The position numbers were made by a program, and so were the translations under genes. 64,000 nucleotides of DNA from an uncultured Actinomycetes bacterium (GTDB lineage: Bacteria > Actinomycetota > Thermoleophilia > Gaiellales > Gaiellaceae). Position 1 is the first letter of the stretch. Each line of letters opens with the position of its first letter. Where the stretch lies: the NCBI GenBank assembly GCA_963753295.1, contig CAVWBZ010000014.1, positions 9,127 through 73,126 on the forward strand. Reading direction: 5' to 3'. The notes beneath the pieces were generated by a model. The model worked only from the letters and a program-made list of their open reading frames with translations, made no database searches and was not told where the DNA came from. Positions 58,551 through 64,000 of the stretch are shown here, in pieces.

Positions 58551-59077
58551 CCGACTTCGTCGAGGAATGCCGCCGCGAGTGGAGGCGCTTGCGCGTGCCC
58601 GATCCGATCGCGAACGAGATGGCGGCGGACCTGCAGGCCGACCTCGACGAGGCGGCGGCCGAGGGCGCCTCCGCAGAGGCGGTGCTCGGAGCCGCGGCGT
58701 TCGACGCGCGTTCGTTCGCCGCGTCGTGGGCGGCCGAGCGGGGCTTCGTCGAGCCACAGCCGGCGGCGGCGCACGTCGATCCCTCGCCGCGCCGATCGCC
58801 CTTGCTCGCCGGCATCGCCGCCTCGGTGGTCGTCGCGATCGTCGGCCTCGCACTCGTCTCCGTACGCACCGGCGTGTCGGTGGCGCAGGCCAGGCCGTTC
58901 CCAAACCCTCCGGTTCCCCCCGACCGGCCGTTCGCCTTCCACGAAGCGGGGATCGCCCACCCCGAGATCGGCGCGATCCTGCTGCTTTTCGGCATCGCCG
59001 GAGTCGTCCTCTCGCTCGTGTACTGGTCACCCTGGGTCGTCCGGATCCATCCGCGCGGCCACGCCGGCGGCCGCTAG
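58547..59077 (+). CDS. PadR-associated membrane protein (DUF1700-like)
   Basis: ATG 58547 overlaps the PadR stop (ATGA). Helical N-terminal domain followed by two hydrophobic helices (LLAGIAASVVVAIVGLALV; ILLLFGIAGVVLSLVYW). Confidence 0.55.
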   Translation: MTDFVEECRREWRRLRVPDPIANEMAADLQADLDEAAAEGASAEAVLGAAAFDARSFAASWAAERGFVEPQPAAAHVDPSPRRSPLLAGIAASVVVAIVGLALVSVRTGVSVAQARPFPNPPVPPDRPFAFHEAGIAHPEIGAILLLFGIAGVVLSLVYWSPWVVRIHPRGHAGGR

Positions 59078-59302
59078 ATGCGGGCGCGTGCCCGGCGCCG
59101 ACGAGGAGCCGGCGAGCGACCCCGAGGCGCTGCTCCGCTTCGACAAGGCGATCGCCGCCGCCGTCATCCGCAGCCGGCGCAGCGCCGGCACCACCGCCAC
59201 CCGCTCGGGCGCCGTCCTATTGGCGACTCGGTGCCGCGCTGACGAGCGTCAGCGAGGCCGGCTACGCCCGCCTTCCGGTAACGGCCTGGTTAGGAACTAC
59301 AG

Positions 59303-60955
59303 CTAGAAGAGGCCGACGGTCGTGTGGTCGGCTGCGATGTCGATGTCGAACGCGGCCGGATGCTTGCCGAGGCCCGGCATCGTCTGCATGTCGCCGCAGA
59401 GCGCGACGAGCCAGCCGGCGCCCGTGTAGGGGCGGATGTCGCGCACCGGCACGGTGAATCCGGTCGGCGCGTTCTTCAGCTTCGGGTCATGGGAGAGCGA
59501 GAGGTGCGTCTTCGCCATGCAGATCGGGAGCTTGTCGAGGCCGAGCTCCGTGAAGCGCTCGATCTTCGCGCGGGCGGGAGGCATGAGGTCGACGCCGTCG
59601 GCGCCGTAGACCTTGACGGCGATCGCCTCGATCTTCTCCGGGATCGACGCCTCCAGCGAGTAGATCGGCTCGAACCGGGACTCGTGCTTCGTCGCCTCGA
59701 TGACGGTCTCGGCGAGCTTCGCCGCGCCCGGGCCGCCGAGCTCGAAGCCCTCGTTGATCTCGGCCGCCCACGCGCCGCGCTCGAGCGCGAGCTTCTGGAC
59801 GCGGTCGAGCTTCGCCTTCGAGTCGCCGGGGAACGCGTTCACGGCGACGACCGCGTTGAGGCCGAACGCCTGCGCGATCCTCAGGTGGCGCTCGAGGTTG
59901 TCGACGCCGAGCTCGAGATCGCCGTCGCCGTGATGCTCGAGCGCGCGGAGGCTCGCCACGAGGACGACTGCGCTCGGCGTGAGGCCGCCGGCGCGGCAGA
60001 CGATGTCGAGGAACTTCTCCATTCCGAGGTCGGACGCGAAGCCGCCCTCGGTGACGACGTAGTCGCCGACCTTCAAGCCGATGCGGGCCGCGGAAAGGGA
60101 GCTGTTGCCGTGCGCGATGTTCGCGAACGGGCCCGCGTGCACGAACGCCGGCTCGCCCTCGAGCGTCTGGACGAGGTTCGGCTTGATCGCCTCCTTGAGG
60201 AGGACGGCCATCGAGCCCGCGGCGCGGATCTGCTCGGCTGTGACGGGCTCGCCCTCGCGCGTGGAGCCGACCGTGATCGCGCCGAGGCGTGCGCGGAGGT
60301 CGTCGACGTCGCGCGCCATCGCGAGGATCGCCATGACCTCGGACGCGGCGGTGATGTCGAAGCCGGTCTCGCGCGGAGCGCCGTTGATCCGTCCGCCGAG
60401 CCCCACGATGACCTGGCGCAGGGCGCGATCGTTCATGTCGAGGCACCGCCGCCACGTGATCGACTGCGGGTCGATGCCGAGCTCGTTCCCCTGCATCAGA
60501 TGCGACTCGATCATCGCCGCGAGCAGGTTGTTGGCCGCGGTGATCGCGTGCAGGTCGCCGGTGAAGTGGAGGTTCAGGTCCTCCATCGGCACGACCTGCG
60601 CGTAGCCGCCGCCGGCTGCGCCGCCCTTGATCCCGAACACGGGGCCGAGCGAAGGCTCGCGGAGGCAGAGGACCGGCTTCTCGCCGAGCAGGCCGAGGCC
60701 CTCTGCGAGCGAGATCGCCGTCGTCGTCTTGCCCTCGCCGGCTGGAGTCGGCGTGATCGCCGTCACCGCCACGAGCGCGCCGTCCGGCTCTGCCGCGAGC
60801 CGGTCGAGGACGCTGTGCGAGACCTTTGCCTTGTAGCGGCCGTACAGCTCGAGCTCGTCCTCGTCGATGCCTGCCTGCGCGGCGACGTCCACGATCGGCT
60901 GCAGCCGGGCGGCCTGTGCAATCTCGAGGCTCGATGCCATCGCCATCGCCACCAA
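59303..60955 (-). CDS. fhs: formate--tetrahydrofolate ligase
   Basis: 550 aa. TPTPAGEGKTTT P-loop, GIKGGAAGGGY and the rest of the FTHFS pattern. The start could be ATG 60949 or 60943. Confidence 0.95.
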   Translation of the reverse strand: MVAMAMASSLEIAQAARLQPIVDVAAQAGIDEDELELYGRYKAKVSHSVLDRLAAEPDGALVAVTAITPTPAGEGKTTTAISLAEGLGLLGEKPVLCLREPSLGPVFGIKGGAAGGGYAQVVPMEDLNLHFTGDLHAITAANNLLAAMIESHLMQGNELGIDPQSITWRRCLDMNDRALRQVIVGLGGRINGAPRETGFDITAASEVMAILAMARDVDDLRARLGAITVGSTREGEPVTAEQIRAAGSMAVLLKEAIKPNLVQTLEGEPAFVHAGPFANIAHGNSSLSAARIGLKVGDYVVTEGGFASDLGMEKFLDIVCRAGGLTPSAVVLVASLRALEHHGDGDLELGVDNLERHLRIAQAFGLNAVVAVNAFPGDSKAKLDRVQKLALERGAWAAEINEGFELGGPGAAKLAETVIEATKHESRFEPIYSLEASIPEKIEAIAVKVYGADGVDLMPPARAKIERFTELGLDKLPICMAKTHLSLSHDPKLKNAPTGFTVPVRDIRPYTGAGWLVALCGDMQTMPGLGKHPAAFDIDIAADHTTVGLF

Positions 60956-61065
60956 GTCTCGTCTGCCTTCCGCCTCGCGGCGTCGTGCTCCTCCCGCAGC
61001 ATGGTTGCGGTTTATTCGGGAAGACGAGACGGATCCGTGATGCTTTCCGGCCTACGGTGTCGTTC

Positions 61066-61326
61066 ATGGCAGGCGGGACGGCGACACCGTGGGGCAGCGC
61101 GCAGCTGGTCGAGCAGGTCACGGTCAGGCAGCAGGCCGGCGAGCGGCGGTTCGCGTCGCTCGTGCAGCTGCTCGAGACACCGAGCGGCGAGCGTCTCGTC
61201 CGGTTCGCGTACACGAGCGGCGGGCCGGCGCGCCGTGGGCCGGTGACCTTCCGCGCACGCGACGTCGCCCGGCTTCGCGCACAGCTCGATCAGCACCCGG
61301 CGCTCGCGGAGGCGCTCGGGCTGTAG
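61066..61326 (+). CDS. hypothetical protein (86 aa)
   Basis: ATG 61066 in ORF 60826..61326. Plausible composition (...LVQLLETPSGERLVRFAYTSGGPARRGPVTFRARDVARLRAQLD...). Confidence 0.4.
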   Translation: MAGGTATPWGSAQLVEQVTVRQQAGERRFASLVQLLETPSGERLVRFAYTSGGPARRGPVTFRARDVARLRAQLDQHPALAEALGL

Positions 61327-61327
61327 G

Positions 61328-62755
61328 TCAGCCGCCGAGGACGGCTTCGAGCGCCTCGACGACCCGCGGGTCGAACTGGCTGCCCGCGCAGGCGCGCAGC
61401 TCCGCGGCAGCCTCGGCGTGCGTGCGCGCGCGCCGGTAGGGGCGGTCGGTCGTCATCGCGCTCCAGGCGTCGCATGCGGAGACGATCCGCGCCGGCAGCG
61501 GGATGCGCTCGCCGGCGAGGCGGTCCGGGTATCCGCCGCCGTCCCAGTGCTCGTGGCACGAGCGAACGATGTGGCCCACCTCACCGAGGAGGCCGCCGAT
61601 CGTGTCGAGCATCTGCTCGCCGACGATCGTGTGCGTGTTCATGAGCTCCCGCTCCGCGTCGTCGAGCGGACCGGGCTTGTTTATCAGCTCCGCCGGCATC
61701 TTCACCTTGCCGACGTCGTGCAGGAGGGCGGCGAGCTCGACATGCCGGCGGGCGCGCGGCTCGAGCCCGAGCCGTTCCGCGACGGCGACGACGAGCTCGA
61801 CGACGTCGCGGCTGTGGCTGCCGGTGTACTCGTCGTCGGCCTCGATGACCTCGCCGAGCAGCATCGCGGTCCCGCGGTACGCGTGCGAGAGCTCGAGCGC
61901 GTGGTCGAGGCGGCGCTGCCGCTCCTGCGCGAACACCTTGAGCAGGAGGATGAGCGGAAGCACGAGGAGCACGCCCCACGACTTTCCGATCGTCGCCACC
62001 GCGACGACGAGCCCGACCGGCGCGAGCGCGACGTCGACGAATGCCGTCTCCCGCATGGACAGAAGATGCTCCCAGGCGCGGATGCCGTAGCCGGCACGCG
62101 ACCACGTCGCGCTGATGATGAAGTCGACGCCGAACTGCGCTCCCAGTGCCGCTACGTACAGCGGCACCTCGTGCCACCGCGGGCCGTGCGACCCGGCGAG
62201 CGCGAGCACGACTGCGGGGCCGAGCGAATACCAGGCGCTCGCGAGGAGGATCGGCGCATGGCTTCTCGGCCGGTTCGGGCGCACGAGCTGTCCGACGACG
62301 TACCCCGCGGCGACGAGGAGGGGGACGGCCCTCGGCGGTAGCGCGAACAGCATCGGCACGAGGACGAGCTGTGTCGGGACGGCGAAGCCGTTCTGAACCT
62401 CGAACTCGACGCGCGAGGCGATCGCGTACGCGATGACCGCAAGGATCGCCGTCGCCGGAACGAACGGGCGGCCCGAGGGCAGGAGCAACGCGGCGCCGGA
62501 CGCTGCGAGGAGGAACGTGCTCGCCATCGCGATCGCGACGAGCTCGGCGGGCCTGTTCATGCGCTGCCGCGAGCGCTCCCGTGTCACTTGCACGAGATCG
62601 GCGGTGACCGGGTCGAGCGAGATCGAGCCGGCCGCAACGGCTTCCGCACCCACAGCGACTACCTCGGTCGATGCAGCGCGCACAAGATCCCTCCGAAGGG
62701 GGATACGTGGCCACCGGCTCCCGAAGAGGGTGCGCCTGTCTCGTCCTTGCGGCAA
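61328..62755 (-). CDS. membrane-anchored HD-GYP domain phosphohydrolase
   Basis: The N-terminal ~240 aa are hydrophobic helices. The C-terminus carries HSRDV...LLHDVGK...HHEHWDGGGYP-type motifs (CHEHWDGGGYPDRL). The start may be ATG 62560. Confidence 0.8.
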   Translation of the reverse strand: MPQGRDRRTLFGSRWPRIPLRRDLVRAASTEVVAVGAEAVAAGSISLDPVTADLVQVTRERSRQRMNRPAELVAIAMASTFLLAASGAALLLPSGRPFVPATAILAVIAYAIASRVEFEVQNGFAVPTQLVLVPMLFALPPRAVPLLVAAGYVVGQLVRPNRPRSHAPILLASAWYSLGPAVVLALAGSHGPRWHEVPLYVAALGAQFGVDFIISATWSRAGYGIRAWEHLLSMRETAFVDVALAPVGLVVAVATIGKSWGVLLVLPLILLLKVFAQERQRRLDHALELSHAYRGTAMLLGEVIEADDEYTGSHSRDVVELVVAVAERLGLEPRARRHVELAALLHDVGKVKMPAELINKPGPLDDAERELMNTHTIVGEQMLDTIGGLLGEVGHIVRSCHEHWDGGGYPDRLAGERIPLPARIVSACDAWSAMTTDRPYRRARTHAEAAAELRACAGSQFDPRVVEALEAVLGG

Positions 62756-62772
62756 CTGCGGAGGTGGTCGGG

Positions 62773-63369
62773 GTGGCGACCAGAGCGCGCCTGATCCTTG
62801 GTCTGGTAGGGGCTGTCGCTGCGGCGGTGGTCGTCGCGCCGGCCGGCAACGCGGGCCTGCTCACGTGCCCGGCGAACAGCCAGCCGTTCGCCCAGTTCGG
62901 CGACCACAGCAGCTACTTCGGCTTCTCGAACAACGGCTTCGAGAACGGCGCGAACGGCTGGAGCCTCCACGGCGCCGCGGTCGGCGCCGGGAACGAGCCG
63001 TGGTACGTGAACGGGTGGGGCAGCTCCTCGCTGTCGATCGGCCCCGGCGGCACCGCGGCGAGCCCGCGCGTCTGCACGGCGCTGCTCGCTCCCGCGTGGC
63101 GGATGTTCGCGCACGCGAACGGCGCGAACGGCGCGCTTCGCGCGCAGATCGTCTTCTACGGCCTGCTCGGGAACGTGACCGGCATCCTCAACGTCACCGA
63201 TTTCGACCCGTCCGACTACGCCGGCTGGGAGCCGTCGGCGCACGTGCCGTCGCTGCTCTCGCTGCCGGCCGCGACGGTGTCGGCGCAGCTGATGCTGACC
63301 TCGACGGCGACGACCGGCACCTGGCAGGTCGACGACGTGTTCGTCGACCCGTTCGGGTTGCGCGGCTAG
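62773..63369 (+). CDS. secreted hypothetical protein, CBM_4_9-like beta-sandwich suspected
   Basis: GTG 62773 in ORF 62671..63369. Signal-like [27 protein letters not shown]. The [12 protein letters not shown] motif is typical of carbohydrate-binding jelly-roll modules. Confidence 0.45.
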   Translation: MATRARLILGLVGAVAAAVVVAPAGNAGLLTCPANSQPFAQFGDHSSYFGFSNNGFENGANGWSLHGAAVGAGNEPWYVNGWGSSSLSIGPGGTAASPRVCTALLAPAWRMFAHANGANGALRAQIVFYGLLGNVTGILNVTDFDPSDYAGWEPSAHVPSLLSLPAATVSAQLMLTSTATTGTWQVDDVFVDPFGLRG

Positions 63370-64000
63370 ACGCCGGCGAGCGCGCGGTCGCGCGCCGCGT
63401 CGACGAGCGACGCGAGGATGAAGGAGCCGTCGGCCGAGCCGAGGAGAGGGTCGACGGCGTGCTCGGGATGGGGCATCAGCCCCAGGACATTGCCGGCGTC
63501 GTTGCAGACGCCGGCAATGTCGTCGATCGAGCCGTTCGGGTTGTCGCGGTAGCGGAGGACGACCTGCGCCGGATCGAGGTCCGGCGGCGGGACGTAGCGC
63601 CCGTCGCCGTGTTTCACCGGGATGACGAGCGTCTGGCCGTCCGAGCAGCGCGCGGTGAACGGCGTGTCGGTGCGCTCGACGCGCAACGCGACGTCGCGGC
63701 AGATGAAGCGAAGCGACTCGTTCCGGAGGAGCGCGCCCGGCAGGAGACCCGCCTCGCACAGCACCTGGAAGCCGTTGCAGATGCCGAGCACGAGGCCGCC
63801 GCCTTCGGCGAACGCGCAGACGGCCGCCGTCGCCGGCGAGAAGCGCGCGATCGCGCCGCAGCGGAGGTAGTCGCCGTACGAGAAGCCGCCCGGGAGGACG
63901 ACCGCGTCGAGCGACGGCAGCTCGGGCTCCTCGTGCCACACCGGCACCGCCTCGGCGTCGAGCGCGGCGAGCGCCCAGAGCGCGTCCCGGTCGTCCTGCG
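63366..64000 (-). CDS. purQ: phosphoribosylformylglycinamidine synthase subunit PurQ (5' end beyond the window)
   Basis: [21 protein letters not shown] (catalytic Cys) and MPHPE motifs. The frame stays open to nt 64000. Confidence 0.9.
   Translation of the reverse strand, partial: QDDRDALWALAALDAEAVPVWHEEPELPSLDAVVLPGGFSYGDYLRCGAIARFSPATAAVCAFAEGGGLVLGICNGFQVLCEAGLLPGALLRNESLRFICRDVALRVERTDTPFTARCSDGQTLVIPVKHGDGRYVPPPDLDPAQVVLRYRDNPNGSIDDIAGVCNDAGNVLGLMPHPEHAVDPLLGSADGSFILASLVDAARDRALAGV

Noticed and set aside
59088-59306. 72-aa plus-strand ORF between the PadR module and fhs.
   Set aside because: Arg/Ala-rich composition, no RBS and no motif. Probably non-coding spacer between convergent genes.
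60956-61065. Possible ZTP (pfl) or other riboswitch upstream of fhs; I also looked upstream of purH and purF.
   Set aside because: The conserved ZTP elements (GGGUCGUGACUGGCG-like 5' part, CCGCCUGGGC-like 3' part) are not present. purH and purF have essentially no 5' intergenic space.

Overview
64-kb, very GC-rich (Actinomycetota-like) chromosomal segment packed with translationally coupled operons; many neighbouring genes share ATGA/GTGA stop-start overlaps. I recognised no rRNA, tRNA, CRISPR array, transposase or integrase. All product calls come from motif recognition by eye, not from searches.

Layout:
(1) 0.1-19.3 kb is core metabolism: MBL hydrolase, ROK kinase, ppa, cystathionine gamma-lyase/beta-synthase, YcaQ-like glycosylase, bolA-grx, GT39-like membrane protein, DUF4032, and purH-purN-purM / two VOC genes / purF-purL.
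(2) 19.4-24.1 kb is a visibly AT-richer ~4.7-kb island of orphan, partly broken small genes. It sits between the 5' and 3' remnants of an EamA transporter gene.
(3) 24.2-26.1 kb holds an intact EamA paralog, a GNAT and a 3'-truncated gloA.
(4) 26.4-52.6 kb is a ~26-kb accessory catabolic block. It contains a LysR regulator, TtdAB/class-I-fumarase-like dehydratase, aldehyde dehydrogenase, UxaA-type dehydratase, an Sdh-like complex, RidA and IclR. These are followed by an 11-gene plus-strand operon (peptide-type ABC importer, creatininase, enolase-superfamily, amidohydrolase and AAC(3)-like genes), two more amidohydrolases, a Gfo/Idh/MocA oxidoreductase and YeiH/LysR. Two patches (33.2-35.4 and 39.5-45.7 kb) are heavily frameshifted.
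(5) 52.6-56.0 kb is a second AT-richer island: a repeat-bearing non-coding leader and 4-5 orphan genes, ending at a second, frameshifted gloA copy.
(6) 56.4-64 kb holds two tandem orphan NarL-type response regulators, a PadR module, fhs, an HD-GYP protein, a secreted protein and the 3' part of purQ.

I cannot demonstrate a new system. The best candidates for one are the two orphan islands and the repeats in the second one. The gloA copies near both ends of the accessory block and the patchy gene decay are also worth checking.
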